Origin: Bugula neritina
Lineage: Eukaryota > Animalia > Bryozoa
Reading direction: 5' to 3'
DNA length: 37,337 nucleotides
Assembly (NCBI GenBank): GCA_964035545.1
Contig: CAXIUT010000218.1
Span: 1 to 37,337 of the forward strand
The notes beneath the pieces are model-generated. The model saw only the letters and a program-made list of their open reading frames with translations. It was not told where the DNA came from and did no database searches. The first letter of the stretch is position 1. Every line of letters begins with the position of its first letter. Made by a program: the position numbers and the translations under genes. Positions 11,918-23,083 of the stretch are shown one piece after another.

Positions 11918-14050
11918 TCTACTTCATCTCAAGATAGCTAGATTTATGGAAAATGTCTCAATGGACCTGGAAAAGTAACCTTTAAAAATGGCAATACCTA
12001 TGATGGTAACTTTTTCAATGGATTACTTAATGGCTAGGGCACATTTACTTGGGCAAATGGAATAGTTTATTCTGGCTAGTTTACATAAAACAGGATTACT
12101 GGAAAAGGACACTATAAATGGCCTGATGGTAGTAATTATGAAGGATAAGTTAAAGATGGTCTCAGGCATGGTTTTGGAAAATATACTGTTGATGAGGCAA
12201 CCTACTAAGGAGATTGGGTTGAGGGTAAAAAAGAAGGAAAAGGTAAAATTGTATTCAAAAGTGGAAGTATTTTCTAAGGATATTTTAAAAGTGACAATAA
12301 GCAAGGATATGGAAAAATGTATTACTATCCTTCAGGAAATTTCTTTTAAGGATAATGGAAAAATGATTCTAAAAATGGAATGGGAACTATGAATTGGACA
12401 GACATCAGATAAAAATATGTTGGAAATTGGAAAAATAATCAACAAGAAGGTTGGGGCATTCATATCTGGTTGTAATCTAAAGGCTAAGGAAAATATATGA
12501 GAAATAGATATGAAGGAAATTGGAAATGTGGAGTAAGATAAGGATATGGAGTCTTTTATTATGCCAATGGTTCTAAGTATGAAGGTTATTGGAAAGATAA
12601 TATGAAAGAAGGATATTCTTTCTATACTGATTAAAATGGAAAAAACTCATTAATCCTCTTTTGTAAAGACAGAATGATAAAAGGAAATAAGCCAGATATT
12701 ATTGAAGGATAGGCTGTCAAAAAAATACCAAGTAAAAAATAGGTTTAACCTAATCTTTATTCTCTTTCTATGAACATCAATCATTTTTATGAACCAGAAA
12801 CTCCTAATCTGGAATATATTTTCAATTATTTGTTGAGAAATAATACCCAACTTAAAACCTGGTATAGAAATGCAGCTTCTTTTTATGATCAGCAATCTGA
12901 GTTTAGTTTTTGTTTGAATTTGGAAGGAGTATGGAAGATGATTAGAAGTTTAAAAATACTTGGAGATTTTAGTCTAGCTCAGTTTAATCGAGGAGTCCCT
13001 CAAAGTAATCCAGATATTGAACATATTTTAAAAATCACTCCTCAAGTACCTGAAGATAAAACAAATTATGAAAATATTTATTACCAAAGTCTTGGAAAAT
13101 AAATATAATCAGACCTTTAATCACTGAAAAATCGTAAAGTCCTAAAAGCCTAGATGCCTTTCAAAGAATACTTGGTTAATAACAGATAAAATAATATCCT
13201 TTTCAGGTAATTTGTTCATCTTTTAGTTTGGATGGCACATCATCTCGAGCCAACTCTTTAAAAACCTCAAAAATCAATTGAAAAGCTAATCACTAAAATA
13301 GCTCCTTTCTTAGATTCTCTCAATAAAGTTATCAAAGTATCAGGAAGTTAAAATATGAGTTAAAATAAATCATCTATAAGTAAAACTTAAAAAAATCTGT
13401 CTCCCTTTTATAGAAGTTTAAATAATGATATTTTTAAGACTTTGATAAAAGGAAAAGATGCTTCGCTACTAAACCTTAAAGATTAAGTAATTAGAGTTCG
13501 TTAATTATTGGGTTATGGCTTAATAAACAACTGTATAGGTTAACACGAATGGAGTTTACTTGAAAAAATTCTTTAAAAGTACTTTGATAATTAAATTTTA
13601 AATCGATAGAAAAATAAAAATTTGGAAAAATCAGTAATTTCAAATAAAATATTAAATGTAATGAACTATGAATTGATATAGTATGAGTTTGTAGAAATTA
13701 TTTATATCCTCTTTATCAAAAAGCTTCCCAGCACAAAAGAAACAGAGTAAAACAAGAAAAAATATCAAGAAGTAGTCCAAAATCTTTACACAGCTAAAAC
13801 TTAGCATGAAAAGCAAACATCTGCTAAAAAAGACTTTGTCAATGAAGTCAGATATATATCATCAGAAAGATCAAAGATTAAAGTAGCAATGAAATAAAAA
13901 AGAAAAGTTTTATAGGCTAAAAAAGCTGAATCCTAGGCTCTTGCTAAAGAGAAAGAAAGGTAGCATTGGTAATAGTTGATGATGGGAAAAGAAGACTTTG
14001 ATATAAAGGACCAGGAATTATAAGAGGATTAAAGCTAATTTTAAATATGA
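11918..14050 (+). CDS. MORN-repeat protein (radial spoke head RSPH10-like), start codon missing at tract 2
   Basis: About 9-10 MORN repeats, e.g. YEGEVKDGLRHGFG and YMRNRYEGNWKCGVREGYGVFYYANGSKYEGYW. The frame is open from the tract edge to TGA 14048-14050, with no in-frame ATG near the 5' end. Confidence 0.82.
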
Positions 14051-14064
14051 TTGATTGGTCTTTA

Positions 14065-14988
14065 TCATTTCTTAAATTCAACTAATATTGCAGTCATATT
14101 GTCTCTTCCATAAGGGTCAGTCTTTTCTGTTCCTGGATTCAAATTCTTGTCAAAAAAACTCTTTAAAACCTAACTACTATTTGATGTTTTAAGATTTTCA
14201 ACAAATAATTTTGTTAATTTAGCAGTATCGTTTTCATATTTTTACCAAATACCATCACAACCGATTATTAAAATCTCTTCTTTACCATTTCTAGGTGCTT
14301 CTATAATATCAGGCATGCAGGTAATTGGTTGTTGATTAAAAGGAATTCCTTCGATCTTTTTATGACTGAAATCACCAATTGATCTTGTGAGATTGAGTCC
14401 ATTAACTCTTCCTTGTATGATTGGTACACCAGCTTTTTCAATTCTCTTTTTTTCAATTGGATTTTCAGGTTTATGATCGAAAGAAAGAGGAACACATTTA
14501 TTATCCTGCCATAAAGCTGCTCTAGAGTCTCCAGCATTAGCACAGATAAATTTATCTTTTGTGACAAGAACAACAACAGCAGTAGCTCCAGATTGCAGTT
14601 ATCCTTCCTATGCTTTTCTATTTAATTATTCGTCTTTATATTTCAATAGTTCAGCTATTCCTGGTTTTAGTTTCATCATGAGTTCTACATGAATAAATGT
14701 TTCGGTAAGTGCTTGTCCATAGTTGCCTTCTTGAAGAGTTTTTCTTTTCAAAAAAACATCTAAAAAGTGAGCTGCGATATATTTAGAAGTTTAAGCTCCT
14801 CCATGACCATCAAAGACTCCAAATAGGCTGAAATCCTCGTAACCAGGTATTTATTTGTAAGCGATATAGGCATCTTCCATATTTTTACGCCATCCTTGCA
14901 TTTAGCAAGTTGCATATTTAATTAGCTTGTTCTCCTACCAACTTTGCTTTTTGGCTGTTATAGGTTTCTCCAAAAAATTGTTTCCCAT
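14065..14988 (-). CDS. Protein phosphatase 2C (PPM family)
   Basis: Motifs MQGWRKNMEDA, FGVFDGHGG, NAGDSRA, DHKP, LTRSIGD, GCDGIW and DNMT. N-terminal MG suggests myristoylation. Confidence 0.95.
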
Positions 14989-15062
14989 TTATAATTTCTT
15001 GCTAACACTACAATATCAAATATCAACAAATATATTCTAAATAATAATATTATTTTTAAATA

Positions 15063-15149
15063 GGGGTTGGGGTTGGGGTTGGGGTTGGGGTTGGGGTTGG
15101 GGTTGGGGTTGGGGTTGGGGTTGGGGTTGGGGTTGGGGTTGGGGTTGGG
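15063..15149 (+). repeat. Internal telomeric tract 3, (GGGGTT)14GGG, 87 nt
   Basis: Perfect G4T2 repeats ending TTGGG, followed by A. Confidence 0.98.
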
Positions 15150-16928
15150 AAAGGTGGTAGAGAGTTAAATCCTTTTTTGAGTTAATGTGATAAACATTAT
15201 AAATTTTTTATTTCTGGAAAGTTAGCTTCTACATGAACAGTTTGCCTGTGATTGATTGTATTTCTTATGTAGAGAAGCATAATATCTCCAATCCATTTAA
15301 CGATATGTGAGATATCATTATTTTATATTTAACCAATTTATCTAAGTTCTCTATAAGCTATGTCTTTCAGCAACAGTTCAAAATGTTCTTTTACTGAATT
15401 AATTACTAATTTACATTGATTTGATTGGGAATATTAAAACTTGATATCTTCATTAGCACTTACTATGAGGACATCTTTGTTACCTGCTGTTGCTTAGAGA
15501 ATCAATTTTGTTGAACCTGCTACTTTGTATTATTTTCTTTTTAATTTTAATAGATAGTTTCCTGGCATTAGAGTTTGATGAGAACCATTTAATAAATCTA
15601 AATTATAGTGATAATACTTGTTTATTCTACACCGAAACATCCTTAGTCATTATGTTATCCAGAAACTATAGTTTTTCTATCAGCATCTAAAAGAAGGTAA
15701 GTTATTGGATAAAAAGTATTAAATTTATTCATTTGATGTAAAAACATACCGACATTTCCTGATTTTTTAAGTTGAAACTTCAAATAAATTTCTTGTTTTT
15801 AATCACTTCCAAAACGGATCATTTATTAACTGACTATTGGAGAGTGAGATGAATATGAAACAATAAAAAATGATCTTATTTGTTCTTAAAATTATTGTTA
15901 AGTTAGTAAGAAGTTACCAGGAGCTATTGCTTATCCAGTTCCTTTAATAATAAGTTGTTCTAGGCTATAAGATAATTCTTTAAGAGTTCCTCTAAATTTG
16001 AATTAACCACAAGGATTTCTCAAATAAAAATATACTTTTCCTTAAAAATAAAAGATTGATATTAAATAAAAATGATACCCAGTTAAACCTAAAGAGTTAT
16101 TAGGGTTTTATCGAGAATATACAGGACAACCAAAATTTGGATTATTCATGTATTTATCAATAAGATGAGTTTTTACTAATTGTCTGTTTTCTTATGTTGA
16201 TTTATCAAGGTTAAATACTTTGATAGGGTACATGAGAAAGGTTTTAAAGACTTAAAAAGGATGTGTTTTTTATATTTTAGAAGTGTAGAATTGTTTAAGT
16301 TTGAACCAAGCTTTTTCCAAGAGACATGGCCACATATCAGTGTCTTTGATTGGTTTAGAAAAGACAGGTCCCTGTTATTTTATCGTTAAAATGTAGTCAT
16401 CAATGTAAATAACTTATCTTTTGCCTTCGCAGACAAAATAAATCGCAGCTATTCCATAGCTATTGGATTATGTAAGGATAATTCTTTCAATTAGTTGCGG
16501 ATATCGAGATAGAAAGCACAAAAAGACACCAAAATATTGCATAATTTAATCTATATTTATTGATTCATACCTCCAATAACGATGTTATTAGGGTGACAGT
16601 TTTAACGATTTACTATTTTGTACATTCGATTTCTTAAATTGGCATCTCTCTTTAGAAAAGCTTAGGGTCGATCGAATTTACAGTGTAATTATTTTTTTAT
16701 GCCTTTTAGCTTTAAAGGTTATATACTCAATGAATAATCTCGATATCTTCTTTAAGATTTCTTTAATCTATTTTCACAATCTTCTAAATCAGATCTGATT
16801 GAAGCTACTGGAGATCTGATACTATCTAAATGTTGAAATTTTCCCTCTTTTTAATCTTCTCCAAAACGGTATTAATAATGATTATATTTTTTTTAATCTT
16901 AGTCAGGTCCACAAAGATTCTGTCCCAT
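15150..16928 (-). CDS. Calpain-like protein, probably catalytically inactive, 3' end interrupted by tract 3
   Basis: Motifs IYIDDYI, MWPCLLEKAWFKL, LRNPCG and LMPGNYLL, with N-terminus MGQNLC. Introns of 20 nt at 16551-16570 and ~15598-15617. The frame runs into the tract, and the next in-frame TGA is at 15023-15025. Confidence 0.8.
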
Positions 16929-16946
16929 TTATATTTTATATAATAA

Positions 16947-17498
16947 TCATAAAGGTTGATAACTCTAATCATGACAGTTTCCGGGAGTCTAAAAACTAGT
17001 TCTCGATAATCCTACCATTGCGCTAACCAGAAGTGCCAAATTTATCAATCTGAAAGCTTAATTTTATAAAATCTACATGTTTTTAGCCATTTTGTTTAGG
17101 ATTACCATTTATAAAGACGTACTTAATATACTAACCTTAATAAGAAAAATAAGGTAGTTAGAAATAATTAAAATCCAAATGGAGAAAAAGTCATGACAAA
17201 ACCAACTGATATCACATGATCTCCAAATGATAGTAAAAATTAATTTTCCCATTTCTCTTTATAAATCTAAATATACCTGAAATGATCTTTCCATCATATC
17301 TATTTTAGGCAAATTACTTTATTTGTCCTATAGTTTTAAACTGTTTATATCTTTCTTCATCAGAAAAGCCACTAAGTTATATACAAAATAGAGTAGAAGT
17401 AAATCTATTCCAAATAAAATTCTTAGAACTCGTAAGTTGATGCTTCCATCTTGCATTTCGTCATAAATTGGAGAGCAAAGGTTGATTTCGTAGGCCAT
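16947..17498 (-). CDS. Hypothetical hydrophobic (membrane) protein, ~183 aa
   Basis: Open frame from ATG 17498 to TGA 16947 with hydrophobic segments. No homology recognised and the exon structure is uncertain. Confidence 0.45.
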
Positions 17499-17573
17499 TT
17501 TTATTCTAAATCTTTCAAATATTATAGTTCAAATATTCATAGTTTATAAAGAAAAGAATTTTGACATGAATAA

Positions 17574-19939
17574 TCACATATTTTTCTAGATTTACTTTCT
17601 GATTTCAATCGGTTGAGATTTCTTAATAACAGCCATTGCTTGTTCAATGTTGTATGCTTCAGAGGCTTTCAAAAATTTCGTACAAAGTTCGTTGCTCCAT
17701 TCTTATGATAAGTAAGGAAGAGTGTTCTTTTTACCACTTTCAACATATCTGTTATAATAGAATAGAGCCAGTTAAATAGGTTCAGGCTTTTTAAGATACT
17801 TTTCGATGAAGTTTAACAAATATTTACATCCTGAAAACAAAACAGTCACTTTATTTACTTTAAAAAGTTCAAGAGCAATATCTTCCCATATTCTTCCATT
17901 AACAGTATAAAAAGGTCTCAAAGTTTGAGGATTAAATTCAACATCACTTGTATCAGGATTCAAGCCATAACACCAATTTATCTAAGCCTTAGGTAATTTG
18001 TCAACTTTAATATTGTAGTCTAAAAAGATATCAGAAGCAGATTTTTGTGCATCTAAGAGAGTTGTAATATGATACAATTCTTCAGGAGGCAATTATTGAG
18101 AGTAGTTTGGGAATTTCGAAATGATTTTTTAAAGTTGTTGAGGTTCAGGTTCACCATCAACAGGAATAAAAGAAGTACAAATTTCAAGTTCTTTAAACTT
18201 TTATGAAACCTTTGTTGCATCAACAAAAAATCCTCTTTGATAGAATCCTTTGCACCAAGCCTTAAATTCCTTCTTTTCATGAGTTGTATATTTTTTAAAT
18301 CTAGACAACATGACCATAAGTGTTTTAGTTCTAACGAAGTGTCCTTTTAATCCTTTATCAAGAGGATATCCTAAAGCTTTAGTCATTTTGATCATAGGTT
18401 CTATATTAGGGAAATGAAATCTGAAGGTATCTCTATCTGTAGGTTGATTTAAATATCCACTATTGACACAATACCAAATGGCAACATCAGTTGGAATTTG
18501 AGTGGTAACAAACTGAGCCAATCCACACATACTTGCCATTGTATAGCTGCTTTTTAATCGATAAATCAAATGTTCTGTTGCATTGGCTTGAATAGCATTT
18601 AAATATTGAATTTATCCTTCAGAAATCAAATACCAAATAACTGCATAATACATGTTCAAGTTACCAAGAATCTTTCCACCTGCAATCAATTTAGCTATAG
18701 TAAAGTTACCAACAGTCACATGAGATTTATGTGTACCTAAAGGAATAGCTCCTAGCAATCTATTTTGCGTAAATGGGTTTTTCAATAATTTATCTGAATA
18801 TTTTACACCTGTGAAAGTTGATAATGAGGCCTTGAATTTAGCTCTTAGTTAAGGATAATTTAAAATTCTTAAAGGGCATGCAGCAATATCATCTACAATA
18901 TATTTTTAAACATTTAAAAGGAAAGGCTAGCATTAATCAACTAGAATTTGAGGAATATCTTCATCTAAAATAATAGGGCATTAGATCAAATTTTTAGATA
19001 AATCGTTTATTTATACTTATTTATCTATTTTTCCTTCTTGAGCAGTTTGGGCAGTAGCCATTTTATTTGATTTGATTTGACCAATGCTATACTTTCCTCT
19101 TAAATCACCACATAAATTAATTAAATGGCTAATCTTCTTTTAGAGATCAGTTGTTAAATCATCTGAAAAATATTTTTTACTCATAACTCCTGCTATCTAG
19201 ATAGCTCCATCAAAGTTATTATTTTATAAATGTTTTCTCATTTACAATCCATAATCAGTTTCTTTATTCATATTTTTTGATAACTCCTTCACTAATCTAG
19301 TTTTCATTGTGACTATTTGATTCTTCAAAGGAATATTACCTTCCTTACCCATATTGAGAGCAATGATTAGCCCCTAAATTAGATCATATTTTGATTCAAA
19401 ATTATCCAAAGTTATATCTTCAAGTGAATCCAATATCTTGTAATCTTCTGTAGTATAAGCAACAATAGCCTTTAGATCTTAATCTCTTTTCTTGGTAAAG
19501 ACTTGACTTTCACAATATCTAGAAAAAGGGCAAGTAACAGACATATTGACTTATCCATACCCTGTGCTAATGATATAACAAATAGATTTAGTAATCTTGA
19601 AACCAGTTTCCTTAAAAGTATTTTAGATAGTTTTATCACAGGCTTGAACATTAGTATCTCCAACTTAGCCATCAGTAACCAAAATAATATGAGAAAATTT
19701 CTTATGAACCACAGTACTGGCTACAAATTGAGGTTGTGTTCCCCAGTAGCTTTTCTTCCTTTAATCCATTATTCAAGTTCTTTTTTATTTGATTCTTTAA
19801 TGCTAGAGTTCCAAAGATAGTAATGAGATATATCTTTAGCATATTTGGTAAGAATGGTGTCAACTGTATCCCAATAGTTAGCAGATCCTCCTACTGATCC
19901 AGAATTATCAACAAATAAGGCGTAAGAATCTTTCTCCAT
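17574..19939 (-). CDS. vWA (MIDAS) domain protein resembling the baculovirus p94 family, with an apparent 1-nt frameshift at 19741-19744
   Basis: ALFVDNSGS (DxSxS), then ATG|GTQP, ILVTDG, MSVTCPF, ECPIILDEDIPQIL and NPQTLRPFY. The frame changes at a G4 run. Confidence 0.72.
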
Positions 19940-19994
19940 TAATTTATATTATTAGATATGTATTCCTATTCTTTTATATTATTATTAATCTGAG

Positions 19995-20069
19995 GGGGTT
20001 GGGGTTGGGGTTGGGGTTGGGGTTGGGGTTGGGGTTGGGGTTGGGGTTGGGGTTGGGGTTGGGGTTGGG
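19995..20069 (+). repeat. Internal telomeric tract 4, (GGGGTT)12GGG, 75 nt
   Basis: Perfect G4T2 repeats ending TTGGG, followed by A. It lies in a divergent intergenic region. Confidence 0.98.
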
Positions 20070-20222
20070 AGCTAAAGAAAAAATTGATAGCAGAATTATT
20101 TTATTTGATTGTCTCTGATATTAATAGATATTTAAAGTTATTAATTTAAGTTGAGATGATGAAAGTTTCATTTTAATTAAGAAATGATTAAAATAATTTG
20201 ATTTAAATTTGATATTTTTAAA

Positions 20223-21975
20223 ATGTATCGTCCAGGAACATCCATTTCAAAGGCAAAAGTCAAGAGTTCAACGAACTAAGATAACGCCTATAACAAAATA
20301 CAAGCTGAGAAGATGCCTACTCTCCAAGATTACATCAAAAAAAGAGATTGGATTGGAGCAGTTACTATTTTATAAAGTGAAGGAAATGTCAACATCCAAG
20401 TTGAAAACAGTCTCTGGCTAGCCTACTGCTACTTTCACATGGGCTAATACAGGTATTTATAGTCTCAATTAGAAAAGCTATCAATAAATATGATGAACTT
20501 CTGAGAAAAACATAAGACAAAGATTTTCATATATTCAAAGCTTGCTGCTACTATGCTCTTTGTCTTTATGATGATGCCAGAAGAGAAGCTTTAAAGGGGT
20601 CTTAAACTCCTTTACAGACTAGATTGCTGTTTCATTTAGCTCATAAAAAAAATGACGAAAAGAACTTGATGCATTATCATCAAAAGTTAGATTAAAGTGC
20701 AGAAGTATTTTTAAAAATATTCAGGATCAACTAACTTTGGCAGCTATCCATTATCTGCGAGGTCATTATGAAGAAGCAACATAAATATATAAAAAGTTAT
20801 TGCTCTAAAGTAGAAAATATGAAGCTATTAATGTTTATATTGCTCTTTGCTATTACAAAATGGAATATTTTGATGTTTCTCTTGAAATACTTTCAGGATA
20901 CTAAACTTTTGATCCTGAAAGCATCTTTGCCTCAAACTTAAAAGCATGCAATAATTATCAGGTTTATTCTGGTAAAAATGCAGAAGAAGCTTTAAGACCG
21001 ATTCAACAAAAATTCAAAGGAGGAGATCTCTTCAAAGAAAATGATCTGCTTAGGCATAACTTAGTTGTTTTCAGAAATGGATAAAATGCTATGCAATTTC
21101 TTCCTCCTTTATTAGAACTCTTTCCTGAAACAAGACTTAATATGGTTATTTATAATCTGAAAAATGACTCTGTCTAAGAGGCTTTCAATCTAGTTAAAGA
21201 CCTTTAACCTACTAATCCAAGAGAATATATCATTAAAGCAGTTTCATATTTAATGTATGGACATAAGAAAGATTCAAAAGAGCATTTAAAAACCTCTCAG
21301 CAACTCTTTCAATTAGTTGGAGCATCTGCTACAGAATGCGATACTATCCCTGGTCGTCAATGCATGGCTAGTTGTTTCTTTTTGTTAAAACAGTTTGATG
21401 ATGTGCTTGTTTATCTCAACAGTATCAAGAGTTACTTCCAGACTGATGATGATTTCCACTGGAATTATGCTTTAGCTAACGCCTCTACTGGAGACTATAA
21501 AGAAGCTTAAGGCAGTTTTTTGGCTATTAGAAATGAAAAGTATAAAAGCTAGTAAACTTACATTAAGTGGCTTATTAGAACCTACATAATGAATGGAAAA
21601 CCTAAGAATGCCTGGGATGTTTATATTTCTACTGAAACATCTACAGATTCATACAACCTTCTTCAATTAATTGGAAATGATAGCTACAAAATGGGACATT
21701 TCTACTATGCAGTCAAAGCTTTTGAAGCTCTTTAAAAAATTGATTCAGAAAATGATTATGAAGATGCTTTAAGAGGAAGTGTTCTTGGAGTTTTCCAGAT
21801 GGTAGTAGCTGGTAAAGAATCAGTTGAACATTTAATCGAAGCAGCAGCTATTTTGAAATCAGCTGAAGGATCACCACAAGTACTATTTTGATAAATATAG
21901 AATGATCGTGTGATAAAGGCAATTAAGAAATGGGGTAAAGAAAATAATTTAGATTTCGATGAAATTGGTCTCTGA
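20223..21975 (+). CDS. IFT56: Intraflagellar transport protein 56 (TTC26/DYF-13)
   Basis: Signature [35 protein letters not shown] and [12 protein letters not shown]. Introns at 20453-20472, 20705-20724 and 21880-21900. Confidence 0.95.
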
Positions 21976-22047
21976 TTTCTATACGTAGATAGAATACAAT
22001 AATTAATTAAAGTTATTATTTTATTATAGTTAATTTTTTGAATTTGA

Positions 22048-23025
22048 ATGTACCATCCTTTGCACCAATATCAAAGTGAAAGTATCGAACAGCCTACAGT
22101 AACTCTTGGAAATTAATTTTAAAACAAAAATATGAGAATAGGAGGCAATCATTTTGGAAAATAACAAACTCAACCCAACATTATGGCAGAAGAACATTCA
22201 CAAAATTTGAGAAACCAGTATGAAAGAGAACTACATAACTGTCACTCTGATATATAAACCTTAAAAGAACAAATTTAACTTGAAGAAAAAGAAAAAGCTC
22301 TACTCGAGGATACTATCATCAATCTTAAAAAAGATAGAGCAGCAGTAGACTCAGAAAATAGAAGACTTTATCAAGAGAATTAGAAAAATAAGCAACTAGT
22401 TTAAAGATTATTGATTGATAATAAGTCTATGGAAATGTAAATGGTCAAATTTAAAGGATAAAAAACTGTAATTCGCAATAATCTGAACGATATTGAGTCA
22501 TTAAAGAACTAGATAACTGAACAATTATCATAGAAAAAGGAAGCTATAAATTAGCTAAGCAAACAGCTTCGAAGGTCAGAGAGAGTTATTTCATAGTACA
22601 AATTAAAGGTTGAATAGATCTAAAGAATGTTGAAATAAAGTGATATTTAAAGAGAAGAAATAAAGTAGTAGTTAAAGAGAACTTTATAACAAAAGCTTTT
22701 CAATGATAAAATAATAAATAAAATAGAATATCAGCTTAAAGAGGTGAACTAGATAAATAATAGTATGAAAGATAGAATTTATGATTTAGAGAAGTAAAGA
22801 AGTGACCTTTTGACTAAATTAGGATATGATTTAAATTCTTCAAGAGATATGATATCAGATTCAAGAAGATCAAATTTCGTTCAGAAAAACTAGATGATAT
22901 AAATTCAGAGTTTTATGAGAGAAATATAAAACAAGTTTGAGTCAAATAAATAAAATATTGATCAAAAAAGAATGGGTTACTAGCAACTTAAAGCATCTAT
23001 TAAAGGTCTATAAGCTAATCTTTGA
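22048..23025 (+). CDS. Coiled-coil hypothetical protein, 325 aa
   Basis: In-frame ATG and TGA, with E/K/L-rich heptad character. Confidence 0.7.
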
Positions 23026-23083
23026 TTGATTTTATTATTTTAATTAAATAGCCAATATTTGTATTTGACATAAATTATAAATT

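Noticed and set aside
6654-20069. Internal tracts as end-to-end fusions, ancient interstitial telomeres or ends of telomere-bearing transposons
   Set aside because: There is no G4T2/C4A2 head-to-head junction, no degeneration, no inverted pairing of tracts and no transposase between them.
6600-20110. Tetrahymena-type Cbs or Euplotes-type TTGAA breakage signal near the tracts
   Set aside because: No such motif is visible at a consistent distance in the retained flanks. One could still lie in the missing sequence.
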